From Azolla caroliniana (taxonomy: Eukaryota > Plantae > Polypodiophyta), in contig JBHGNT010000005.1 of assembly GCA_043228905.1 (NCBI GenBank), forward strand, positions 22,320,001 through 22,384,000: a DNA stretch of 64,000 nucleotides. Direction: 5' to 3'. The notes beneath the pieces were generated by a model. It did no database searches and was not told the origin of the DNA. It saw only the letters and a list, made by a program, of their open reading frames with translations. The translations under genes and the position numbers were made by a program. Every line of letters starts with the position of its first letter. Within the stretch, counting starts at the first letter, position 1. Positions 25,733 to 37,556 of this stretch are shown here, in pieces.

Positions 25733-28700
25733 TTAAACCGGCCCAGATAGAAGATGAAGACCTCGACACTCTAGAAGAGAGTTTGATCTCATTTCGGTTA
25801 AGTGGACCGAATGAGCAGCTGAGTTGGGATGACCAGTCGGATGAGGAACTGGCAAGTAGTGGGGACTTTGTCGTGCTCTCCTCGTGCAAGGAACCGAGGA
25901 GACGGTTCACGCGCAAAGAGAAGGGGAAGAAGAAGATGCCAGAATACGAAACCGGCAACAATAAGTCGGATCGGAGCGAATCCGACTCCAGTATGGAAGA
26001 AGGTGGATCTTTGGGAACGAAGTCCGGACCGGCCAAGAAGGGCCTCAAACCGGGTAACAGTAGATTACGCCGGTCTTCCCGCCAGAAGAACCCCTTGAAG
26101 CGGTATGGGTACAATGAGTACATGGCGCATCACTATGCGTACATGACCAAGGTGGCGGAAGTGCGTGAGCCGGAGAGCTACGCAGAAGCGGCAAAGGACG
26201 CACATTGGCGTGCCGCTATGAAGGAAGAAATGCGGGCACTTGATGCCAACGACACATGGACCTAGTTGATCCTCCCCAACACTGTAAACCGATCGAATGT
26301 AAGTGGGTGTACAAGGTAAAGTACAACACCGATGGTTTGGTTAACTGGTACAAGGCCCGATTAGTGGCGAAGGGATACGCGTAGACCCACAGAATCGACT
26401 ACGATGAGACCTTCGCTTCGGTAGCGAAGATGACGAGGGTTCGTGTGGTGCTGGCGGTTGCTACGGCAAGGAGGTGGCATCTTCACCAGATGGACATGAA
26501 GAATGCATTTCTTCAAGGGCGATCTTGAAGAAGAGGTCTTTATGACCCAACCCCCCCGGTTTCTAGTCGGAGATGAACAAGTTGGCGGTATGCTGGTTGA
26601 AGAAGTCACTTTATGGCCTGAAGTAAGCCCCTCGAGCTTGGAATGCCAAGATTACGCACCGGTTGCGTAAGATGGGGTTTGCGGCCTCCAAGTCTGACTC
26701 TTCGTTGTTTATCCGGCAAGGTCCAGACGGTCCAGTTTGCATCTTGTTGTATGTTGATGATTTGGTCATCACTAGACTTGGACTCGATGAAATCAGCCGA
26801 GTCAAGTCCCAACTGTCGGACGCATTTGAGATGAAGGACATGGGGGACCTTCACTATTTCCTTGGGATCGAGGTGATCCAAACCCCTGACGGCATATTAC
26901 TCTCACAAAGACACTATGTGTTGAATATGCTGTACAAGTTCGGCATGACGGAATGCCGACCGATATCCATCCCCCTAGACCGGAACTAGAAGCTCTGTCC
27001 CGACTCCGGACCGGCCTGCGATGAGAAGCGGTTCTGACAAATAGTCGGAAGCCTTATATATTTGACAATCACCCGACCCGACATCAGTTATCCGGTCGGC
27101 GTGATCAGCCTAAAAATGCAGAAGCCGACCGTGGAGCACCTTCTGTGCGCGCATCAAATTTTGCGATATGTGAGCGGCACGAAGGAACGGGGACTGGTAT
27201 ATCGGTATGGTATAACCAAAGAGCTAGTCGGCTACACCGATGCCGACTGGGCCGACGATGCATCGGATCGCCGATCCACCTCCGACTATATGTTTTCCCT
27301 TGGTAGCGCGACTGTTGCATGGAGCAGCAAAAAGTAGCCAACAGTGGCCCTTTTGAGCACTGAGGCTGAATACCGGGGCGCTATCGTTGCCACCTGTGAA
27401 GCCATTTGGCTTCCGCGACTGCTACAAGACCTCCGGATCGAGGTGCCGACCCCGATCCTTATCTACTGTGACAACATAAGCAACATGCAACTCGCCAAGA
27501 ACCCCGTATTCCATGCTCGCACAAAGCACATAGAAGTGCACTACCACTTCGTGCGTGAGCGTGTCCTGAGAGGTGAACTTGAACTTCGGTATGTTCATAT
27601 GGATCGGCAAGTTGCCGACATCTTCACCAAACCGCTCGGATTGGACAAGTTGTAGCACTTCACCAAAATGCTTGGTGTTCAGCATCTCGACGTGCCACAC
27701 TTGGAGGGGGAGAACGGGCAAAGGCAAAGAAACTGCCGATTGCGTCGGTGAGGGAAGAACCGACAAAGGGGGAGACAAGAAGAAAAAAAGAGCCGAGTCG
27801 ACAAAGGAAGTTGACACATCCGAACAAGTCGGAAAAAGCGGCAGTGATGACAGAGTCAAGAAGGATAGAGCCGACCGGAAGAAGAAGGCCAAGACCCGGA
27901 TATGGTCCGATGTGGTGAAGGGCCTGGAACCGGAAAACGAATCGGGAGCAACCGATTCGGACAAGAGCTGGAATGAATCGAAGACAACCGATTCGGTTCA
28001 ACAGACGGATTCGGAAGAACTTGATCAATTCAAGGCCAAGAGGATGAGATGGTAGCAAAAGTCGACAACAACACGAAGGAATCGGCGAGTTGACAAGCGC
28101 CGAAGTCACAACAGCGAGGGAGCTGATTTGGGTCTGCTAAGCAGACAAGCCGACCAAGGAGGTCGAGATGCGCAGAAACAGAAGGGTTGCAACAAACGGG
28201 ACTGGACTGGACGAGGAGCGCAAGCAAGGCGGAGTGACGCAAGAAGGAGCCGGGTGGAAGGACCGGCTGCCATGGAGACTGACACTACGATCCGACCTCA
28301 AGTTGAGCTTGAGGGGGGGTGTTGAGCGGCAAGCTCAACAGGATCCGGATCGGCATCCAGAAGGATGAGCTGGGGAGCCGGTTAGCCGGATCCAGCAGTA
28401 ACCGGAAGCTTAGTAACAGCCTAGGCTACTAGGTAGTTAATGTCTCGTAGTTAGTGTCAGACGCTCGTGTGAACATTGAAGTACACTGTACTTCTATCAG
28501 TCCGTATGGACTTGTATAAAAGTGTTCACTGAACACATACGATGTACAGATTGAGTAATATTTTGAATTGAGTTTTTGTGTGCTCTCTCTCTCTCTCTCT
28601 CTTTCTCTCCCGTGTATTGTGTAAATTCTAAGTTCTCCATTAAACCTGCGGTTCTGTTTTCGGTTTTCTATTGCTTCCGCACACTATTCTTTTTACACTT

Positions 28701-29297
28701 AGGTACATACTAAAAGGGTGGCACATTAAGCTCAATTTATAGTTGATACAAAGGTACCCATTTCGGTTGGCTTAGCTACATGTGTGCTAAAAAGGGTGTG
28801 CTAAAAGGGTGGGTTGGCTTAGGTACATACTAAAAGGGTGGCACAAAGGAACACATGCACACCACAATATATATATATATAAGGTTGAAAGAAAGGTAAA
28901 CATATGGCAAGAAGGAGACATATTGTGTTATATAATAAGAATGAAAAGGCTAAGTTTGCTCAATTCGTAAGAGCTTATGTTATGAGTGAGAGGTCAATGG
29001 TTCAGGACTTGTTTGGATTATAAAGAGATTTTTGCTAGCATCATGCTGCCACAGTAAAGTAAAGCATGCAAGTGAGAAAAAATGTAAGGTGCATGTTAAT
29101 TTTTTTATTTGCTAGAGGGCCTCTTGAATCCTATAAAAGGGTGAGGAGAGCTCATTGTTGGGGAAAGTTTTGAAAATGAGGTGGAAGTGCTACTAGAATT
29201 CAGATACATACGATGAATATGAATACGAACGCATGAAAAAGTAATCATTAAAATGTTTTAAAAAATTATAAAACTCCATCCTTTTTAGTCTCCCATA

Positions 29298-30047
29298 CAT
29301 AGATTGACCCATGCATGATATTCGAGAATACAAAATGGCCCCGAGAATATTACAGAACCATTGGTTTTTAATTTACATAATTTTTTTTTTAATTTACTAA
29401 AATATTAACCAATTCACTAATAATGAATTAATTTACAAAAAATAGTAATTAATTCATTATTAATTAATTAATTAGGGTTTTAAAATTAAAATATTAATTA
29501 ATTCACTAATAATGAATTAATTTACTATTAATGAATTAATTAGGGTTCCTAATTTCAGCCAAAATTAGAGTTTTAAGAATTAAAATATTAATTAATTCAT
29601 TAATAATGAATTAATTTACTAAAACATTAATTAATTCATGATTAATTAATTAATTAGGGCTCCTAATTTCAACCAAATTTAGGGTTTCAGCACCACCCTA
29701 GGTTTGGAGGCCGAGAATAATATGTAAGTGACACTTTGAGGATGAGGGGGAGGCGAAGATGCAGGCCGGAAAGAAGAAATATGGTCAAAATTAGGGTTTT
29801 CAGCCGAAACCCTAATTTGCAGGCCGAGAACAGGATGCAAGGGGAGGCAAGGGTGTAAGCATCAAGTACAAGATGCAGGGTGTAGCCTCTACGCTCACTA
29901 TTCTGTGTTGCTTGCTCACTAGCTAACGTTAAAAAAAAAGGATTCTTTTTTTCAAAAAATTTTAAAAAGGAAAAAAACTAATATTATTACTTGTATTCGT
30001 ATGCATTCGTGGGGGAGGCCCCACGAATGCGAATATGTCAATCTATG
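29298..30047. mobile_element. Non-autonomous hAT-type MITE
   Basis: TIR CATAGATTGAC / GTCAATCTATG; 8-bp TSD CTCCCATA / CTCTCATA (1 mismatch); internal AT-rich tandem repeats. A further orphan right TIR ends at 36897. Confidence 0.8.
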
Positions 30048-30459
30048 CTCTCATATATAAAACAAGCTACATTGACAATAAAAAGAGTTCTTAACACTAA
30101 AGATACTTTAATAATAGATGTAAAAGTATTTGTTTTTTTATAATAAATAAATATAAATAAATTAAGGTTCATCAATTACCCCCTTTTTACTCCCCCAAAT
30201 TTTGTGAATATTTTTATGGGAAAAGTACCAGGATACCCCTGGAAGTTTGTCTATTTACCAGAATGCCCCTAGAAGTTCCAATTTTACCAAACTACCCCTA
30301 TGTCCAAAAAAATACACTCTATAAAGTCAATATACACTCAAATATACAAGCCATATTTACCAAAATACCCTTCAAATACAAAATTCTTTACTTAGCGATT
30401 CTTTGGGTAGTCTTTCTCTTCTTTCTTGTTCATCATCAATCGTCTTCATCAGGTCAGTA

Positions 30460-30535
<76 letters not shown>

Positions 30536-30631
30536 TTGTGTTTATATGTAGTCAATTCTCTATTATTAGGTTTGCTCTTTCTTCTTTTATTATTCAATCC
30601 CCTTTTCCTACTAATTTCTCTTTTTCTTGTA

Positions 30632-31258
30632 TCCTTCAAAGATTTCTTCTTCTTCTTCTTCTTCTTCAAAGAAAACCCCTTCTTTCAACCTCACAATGCA
30701 TTACTTGGCCTTCATTGATTGATCTTGAGTTGCAACATGCTTTGAGAATGCTCATAAATGTAACAATATCAAGGAAGATACCATTAGATTGCATATTTTC
30801 AAAGCATTCAACAGCTTCTTCAGATTTTCCATATGTAACTTCTCACCCATTCTTCTTAACATAGAGCTACAATTCTCAAGCTTAGATCTTCTTTGACCCA
30901 TTTGATTCATTTCGTCTTCTTTCCTTTTTAAGGCCTCAATGCATCTAAGAAGAGATTTTTTAGATCTTCTCAGGTGAGGTTCATAACCAACTGTATGTGG
31001 TGAGAAGCTATGTATAGCTAGATCAACATAAGAATCGTAGGTTTTTATATCTGAGATGGCATCTCGTAGAGTTCGGCAAATGTCAAGAAGCTTAACATTG
31101 TCATCTAAGTACTCATCTGACCATTTGAAATCACCTTATGCAAGAGCCTGTTGAAGATCAGGGATAAATACCTCTGCATATCCATGTGTAGAAAGAACCA
31201 CTTCTTCCATAGCTTGGCAAAGCCATAGAATACTCAAATATCCGCCTTCATCGGTTGA
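30632..31258 (-). pseudogene. Captured chimera in the left MULE arm: BPS1/ROH1-like (DUF793) fragment ~31258-30839 fused to a PLS-PPR fragment ~30838-30670
   Basis: Reads GYLSILWLCQAMEEVVLSTH...FIPDL...*GDFKWSDEYLDDNVKLLDICRTL, like the BYPASS1 core, followed by YGKSEEAVECFENMQSNGIFLDIVTFMSILKACCNSRSINEG (PPR). Confidence 0.8.
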
Positions 31259-31344
31259 CTTCAATCTCTCCAATTGCTGACAAAGATGTGATTCTCTCCA
31301 ATTGCTGACAGAGATTGTATCTCTAATATGTGATTCTCTTCTTT

Positions 31345-31641
31345 GGGTAGTCTTTCAAACACAATCAATGAAGTCCAGGAGATTGTATTTCTAACATGTA
31401 AATTATCGAAAACCTGTCTAGCTCTCTCGATTGAGCCACATTTTGCATAAGTATCAACCAAAGTGGTAGCCAATGAGACATCACTATGTAGGAAACTTGT
31501 CGAATCACATTCTACATGTACATGAAGACTTGTTCTCATGTCTCTTAACCTTATACAAGCCTTGAGCAAAGCAACAAAAGTATGTTCATTTGGATGTGAA
31601 GAAGAAACATCAACGTTTCTCATCGTTTTGTATAGATCCAA
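31345..31641 (-). pseudogene. Captured PLS-class PPR gene fragment
   Basis: PNEHTFVALLKAC...TLVDTYAKCGSIERARQVFDNLHVRNTISWTSLI. Confidence 0.88.
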
Positions 31642-31721
31642 TGCTTTCTTCTTCTTCTTCTTCTTCTTCTTCTTCTTCTCTTTGTCTCGCTCTCATTTCG
31701 ATGTTTGATGTCTCTCATAGA

Positions 31722-33561
31722 ATGGCTTTGGCAGAGGGAAGGCAGTTTGACTCTTTGAAGGAGCTTCGACAAGCTGTGAGAGATGATGCAATTGGCTCTC
31801 ATGTTGAGCTAAGAGTGATCAAGTCAGATAAAACAAGGTTCACATGAATTTTGCACTCATATGCTTTTACACTCGCTTGACTTTTAATCTTAAATTTGTG
31901 CTCACATGACTTTTGCTAGATTAACAATTGCATGCAAAAATTCTGGATGTCGATGGAGGTTGCATGCATCTTGTATTGAAGGAGGTCCAAAATGCCAGAT
32001 CAAGAAGAATAGGGAAGAACATAAATGTGGTGGCACTCAACACTTGGGGAACAAAGAAGTAAGCTCAAAATGGTTGGCTGAAACAACATTGGAGAAGTTT
32101 AAAGATCATCCCACATACACACCAAAGCAACTAATTGGTAATGTGTGTCGTGAAAATCGCGTCACTATCTCTTACAGGGTAGCGTGGAAAGCAAAAGAAA
32201 GTGCACATGCTCAAATCCATGGGGATCATGTATTTGCATATCAAAATCTTCGAAATTATTGCCAAAACATTTTAGAATCTAATCCTAGTAGTGTGGCACA
32301 TGTTCAAGAAACAATTGAAGGCCTCTTTCTTCGCATATTCATTGCTTACAATGCAAGCATAAATGGTTTCATGCATTGTAGACCAATAATTGGTCTAGAT
32401 GGAACTCATTTGAAAGGAAAATATCTAGGAATCCTTCTCACGACTACAACCATCAATGCACAAGGTGCTTTGTTTCCGATTGCATTTGGTGTAGTTATAG
32501 CAGAGAATGATGATAATTGGTGTTGGTTTCTTCAAAGTTTGAAGGATGGTCTTCGACACACAGATCCACTAACGTTTATTTCAGATAGACAAAAGGGTTT
32601 AGTGGATGGTGTCATGTTGGTGTTTGGCAATGATACATCACATGGATATTGCATGCGCCATCTATTAGACAATTTCAGAAAAGCTTTTAAAAGCACTCCA
32701 CTATTGGGGATGTTGTGGAAAGCTGCAGATGCAACTAATACTCAAGACTTTGATGTTATCATTGGAGAAATTTGCACTTTAAATAGTAATGCAGCTAAAT
32801 GGCTAATGAGCACCGCCGACCCCTCACATTGGGCTACATGTAAGTTTTCAGGGAAAAGGTTTGGACACTTGACATCTAACATTGCTGAGTCCCTAAATGC
32901 ATGGTTGTTAGAGGCTAGAGCTATGCCTATTCTAGGGATGATGGAATTGATACGCCAGAAGATAATGTCATGGTTTTATGAAAGGAGGGTTAATGGAGAA
33001 ACTTCTAAAGCACGTACTGGATTGGTTAATGGAGAGATAACACGTAATGCATTGGTTGGATATGCAGAGAAATTCATTAGAGAATCCATACAACGTGGAA
33101 GACTATATCGTATTTTGCCATCTACTAATGATGTTTTTGAGATCCATACTCTGAAACATGTTAGGATTGTTTATGTGGATAAGAAGATATGTACTTGTGG
33201 ACAATGGCAGGATATGGGGTTACCTTGTGCACATGCAACGGCTGCTATTTTGTTTCGAAAAGAAAGAGTTCAATATTTTGCACACAAGGCATATTTGTTG
33301 CAATCATATTGTGATACTTACAAGGAGCCAATATTTCCTATTGTTGTTACGCATGATAATTTTGTTGCAGGCATGTTACCACCAGCCACACGAAGACCTC
33401 CGGCACGTCCAAAAACCAAACGTATACGCACAATAGAAGAAGGCACAAAGAAGAAGAACATCGTTGTGGAAGGTGTCGTGGGAAAGGACACAATGCTCTC
33501 AGTTGAAGGGCCCCAATTTAGTGATGATTGTGCATTATTAGATATTTTGTTGAGTCAATAG
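31722..33561 (+). CDS. MudrA-like MULE transposase; exons 31722-31837 and 31920-33561
   Basis: N-terminal zinc/WRKY-like domain (CKNSGCRWRLHAS...EHKC); DDE triad IGLDGTH / FISDRQKG / SNIAES; CMRH; SWIM CTCGQWQDMGLPCAH. The C-terminal knuckle is frameshifted (other frame reads HRCGRCRGKGHNALS*). Confidence 0.92.
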
Positions 33562-34890
33562 ATATATTTGATTTTGTGGATATTTTTGGAATTACACTTT
33601 TTGTATTGGATTGGTAAAATTTGGAATTACACGTATTTGATGTTCTTGTGTATAAGTAAGAGATGGATAGGTAAGGATTTCGTTGTAACTAGTTTCGTAT
33701 GGGAAAGGAATGGAAGAGGTTTATGTGAAATTAGTAGTAAGAATCATTACGATGATTTGTTATAAGAAAAAAATTGGAAAAAAATTCATTTGAGATTGGC
33801 AGTAAATACTTTTGTTTTGTATGAGAGAAATTGAGAATAAATTCATCTGAGATTAGTAGCTATTGTACAATGTTCTTTGTGCTTTTGCTACTTATCCTTA
33901 TGTATGTCTGATGCTAGTAGTCGTTGTTCTTATATGAGAGAAATATAGTAGTAACTATGTGGAAACTATTGTTCTTTCGTGCGGAATGTTATTGTATGGG
34001 AAAAAGGAAGAAATTCGTCTAAAATTAGATATAAATGCAGAATCTTTGTTGTTTCACTCTTCATGATTGTTGTTTGACAAAAGAAAATGAAAATAAACAT
34101 TTGAGTTACTGTATGAAATTTTTGTGATTTGACTCCTTCTTGATGTTGTGTGTGCAAATGAAATGGAGGAAATTTGGCTGAGGAAATGATTAACTATAGA
34201 AGAAAGGGGGAGAGCCCTACGAGATTAGTAGTAGCTTGTGCTAACACTATGTGTTCATGTGACAAAAAACATGGAAGAAATTCATCCGATATTAGTAGTA
34301 TGTGCATATTATTCCAGTGCATTTTTTTATCTCTATAGTACTGTGGTATACATTCATATTCAAAGATTGTAAAGCCTACTATTGTTACTTAGGATTCTTT
34401 TGAATTATTAGATGATATAGAAGTTGTGATCCAAGGAATGCTTGGCTAGTAAGTATACGGAATTATTCTACAATCAAGGAATTGGAAAACGTTTTGTATT
34501 TTATCCCTGATTATCAAGTACATGAAACTCTTGTGCTAAGCATTCACATGAATAGGATTTGGAAAACCTAGAAACTCTATCCTACAATTCTTATGAATTG
34601 TCGAATAATTACTAGCCACTATAGTTCTCCACTACTCATATCCCCCTCATCCTTTGGATTAATGGAGAGATCATGATGAACCATCCTTGGCGAATATGAT
34701 GCAAACCTACTGAATTGTTGTTCATGATGCCGATCGGTAGGCCTTATATGCTCCACATCATGTTTACATTGGCAATTAGCAAGCCTACATTGAGGTAGTG
34801 TAAGATTGTGATGTGCTACTTTGGGAGATTTTGCAACCATATAAAATTGTGGATCATGATGAGAAATAAAAGTGGTCAAAATTGGCTGAT

Positions 34891-35460
34891 GTTCTTTCTA
34901 CACATGGATATGCAGAGGTATTTATCCTTTATCTTCAACAGGCTCTTGCATAAGGTGATTTCAAATGGTTAGACGAGTACCTAGATGACATTGTTAAGCT
35001 TCTTGACATTTGCCGAACTCTCCGAGATGCCATCTCAGATATAAAAACCTACGATTCTTATGTTGATCTAGCTATACATAGCTTCTCACCACATACAGTT
35101 GGTTATGAACCTCACCTGAGAAGATCTAAAAAATCTCTTCTTAGATGCATTGAGGCCTTAAAAAGGAAAGAAGAGGAGATGAATCAAATGGGTCAAAGAA
35201 GATCTAAGCTTGAGAATTGTAGCTCTATGTTGAGAAGAATGGGTGAGAAGTTACATATGGAAAATCTGAAGAAGTTGTTGAATGCTTTGAAAATATGCAA
35301 TCTAATGGTATCTTCCTTGATATTATTACATTTATAAGCATTCTCAAAGCATGTTGCAACTCAGGATCAATCAATGAAGGCCCAGTAATGCATTGTGAGG
35401 TTGAAAGAAGGGGTTTTCTCTGAAGAAGAAGAAGAAGAAGAAGAAGAAATCTTTGAAGGA
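34891..35460 (+). pseudogene. Inverted copy of the BPS1-like + PPR chimera in the right MULE arm
   Basis: Reverse complement of 30632-31198 with few mismatches; KWLDEYLDDIVKLLDICRTLRDAI and FENMQSNGIFLDIITFISILKACCNSGSINEG. Confidence 0.88.
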
Positions 35461-35999
35461 CATCCATAATATCCTGCATCGCCATGGATAGGAAGCTTCA
35501 TGAAGGTGTCATTGGAGCTGTCTAGGTCAGTAGAGAGGTGTTGCCGTGTGAACAGATGGTAAATTGGGGGAGGAAATTCTTGATGGTGATGGTGGTGGTG
35601 GTGACGAGGCAAATGTCGAAGAGGAAGATGATGATCAGGACGATGGATATGACGAACAGATGGGGATGTGGAGGGTTCGAGGGGGATATGATTTATGATG
35701 TATTTTGAGAAATAAAAGTGGTATAAATTGGTCAAAATAGGTATATAGTGGCATTATGGTAAATAAGTTTAGGTTTAAGGGTATTTTGGTAAATATGGCT
35801 TGTATATTTACTTTATAGAGTGTATTTTTTGGACATAGGGGTAGTTTGGTAAATTTGGAACTTCCAGGGGCATTCTGGTAAATAGACAAACTTCTAGGGG
35901 TATCCTGGTACTTTTCCCTATTTTTATTGAGATTAAAAAGAGGACTTGACACTAATCATATTGGGAAATGCACATAAAAGGGACACCACAATATTAATA

Positions 36000-36730
36000 T
36001 TTCGTAAGTTTTGGCAAAAAATCTGGAAACAACAACACACTAGGTGAATTACTACATTCAAATAGATATTAATACATAAGTCACTACCGGTTGGAGCATA
36101 CCTTAGCCCTCCTAATTGTGTAGCATGCCCAAATGCAACAGAATCAATTTGACATGCTCTATGGGACTTCCCAAAGACCCATCTAATATGGCAAGGGGTT
36201 GGCCGCCTATTGCAATTATGTTAGTTGCAAGGCACAATCAAGTGGGGAAATGTATGTTGGTTATCATGGCAGGCCCTAGTTGGCAGGCACGAACATTAGG
36301 AGGAGGGGATTACTTTGGTGATAAAAGCAAAAGAGGTTTTTTTTCCACCATCGACAATATCCACTCAACTCCTATTAATGCCAAATCTCAAGTTGTGTTG
36401 GAATTGGCCAGCCCAATAACTCTTTGGATTCTATGGAAATAGCAGTGGATGGGTCTTCTCCAACCAAACCGAGCATCCAATAATGTTAATGCAAGAGATA
36501 TTAAGTGAAGTTATGGCCACTCTAAAGAGACAATACAATGGCCTCAAGGGCAGATCCGGTGGAGTTGCAAGAAAATGACTAGTCTTCATCCAACAATGGT
36601 TGTCCTCCCTTTCTCGACTCAGTGGGCATCCACATATGATGGAACTATCGCGTCCCTACAGGGATTTGTATATAACATTCTCAAATGTAAAAGTTTATAA
36701 CTAATGGAAGGAGTTTTTTTTCGAAAAAAT
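36000..36730 (+). mobile_element. 5'-truncated, decayed 3' end of the same L1-like LINE family as 54986-60330
   Basis: [11 protein letters not shown]...PITLWILWK; 3' end CTAATGGAAGGAGTTTTTTT..GAAAAA matches the reverse complement of ~54986-55020. Confidence 0.8.
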
Positions 36731-37556
36731 AATAATATTATTATATCACATATAAAAATATTTATTTTCTTTAAATAAATTAATTAATTAAATAAACGAA
36801 TGATTTTATAATATGCTTGAGGCCATTTCTTATTCTCGAATTTTTGAATATCACAAATGGAGAATATCATGAATAACATGCATGTGTCAATCTATGCAAC
36901 TAATTGGCATCTCCACCCAATGTGTACTAGTTACAACACCTCTTTTTGTTGATCCTTAGCTCCAACATTAGTTGAGAACGCAATCCAAGAACTTTATTGG
37001 ATAGGTTGCATGGATTATGAGGATTGAGTTATGTATATTCACCAAGAATGATTATTGTTTAGCCAATTACCCAAATGTCATTGATATTGATCATGTGCAT
37101 GGGGCCTAATGGGTGCATTAATTTCAAAGAATAGGGTATTGATCATTATTGACTAGATCTCGTTTGTGCACATGAAGACCCTTAGCCCATAGGTAGGGAG
37201 CCTTGAATATTGAATAAAGTATGATTATGCTCATCGGAGTTGTGATGCCTTTGACAATATTGCATGTGTAAAAAGAAACACGACACTTTTAAACAAGAGC
37301 AATGCATTATCTCTAGTCATGATTAGTGTGTAGCTAAAGGAGAAAGGTAAGTGGATCGAAACGAAATAGCATTAGATTAGCATTAGATTAAGTTAGAGAG
37401 ATTAAATGTTACTTGCTACAACATGCCAATGGGGACAAAAGCAAAGAAGAACTAGAACCCTTGCCATGAAAGGGCCTAAGGTTGTTCCATGATAATTTGT
37501 TTATCGATCGATTATTACAAGCATCGCACCACGTTGCATTTTACTTTGTAGAGCTA

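Larger units (their letters stand above)
22271..28697 (+). mobile_element. Full-length Ty1/copia LTR retrotransposon with defective gag-pol (~23207-27660)
   Basis: LTRs 22271-22662 and 28320-28697 (TG...CA); perfect 5-bp TSD CTTAG; tRNA-iMet PBS TGGTATCAGAGC at 22663; PPT. Domains: gag zinc knuckle CWYCGKKGHKESEC, protease WYVDSGA, integrase, RT YVDD, RNase H. Many stops and frameshifts. Confidence 0.96.
30218..35918 (+). mobile_element. Mutator-like element (MULE) with transposase and captured host gene fragments
   Basis: ~150-bp TIRs starting GGGAAAAGTACCAGGATACCCCT; perfect 9-bp TSD TATTTTTAT at 30209-30217 and 35919-35927. Confidence 0.96.

Noticed and set aside
31722-33561. Fully autonomous, active MULE transposase
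   Set aside because: The C-terminal CCHC knuckle has a frameshift and a stop at the last Cys position, so activity cannot be assumed even though the DDE core is intact.
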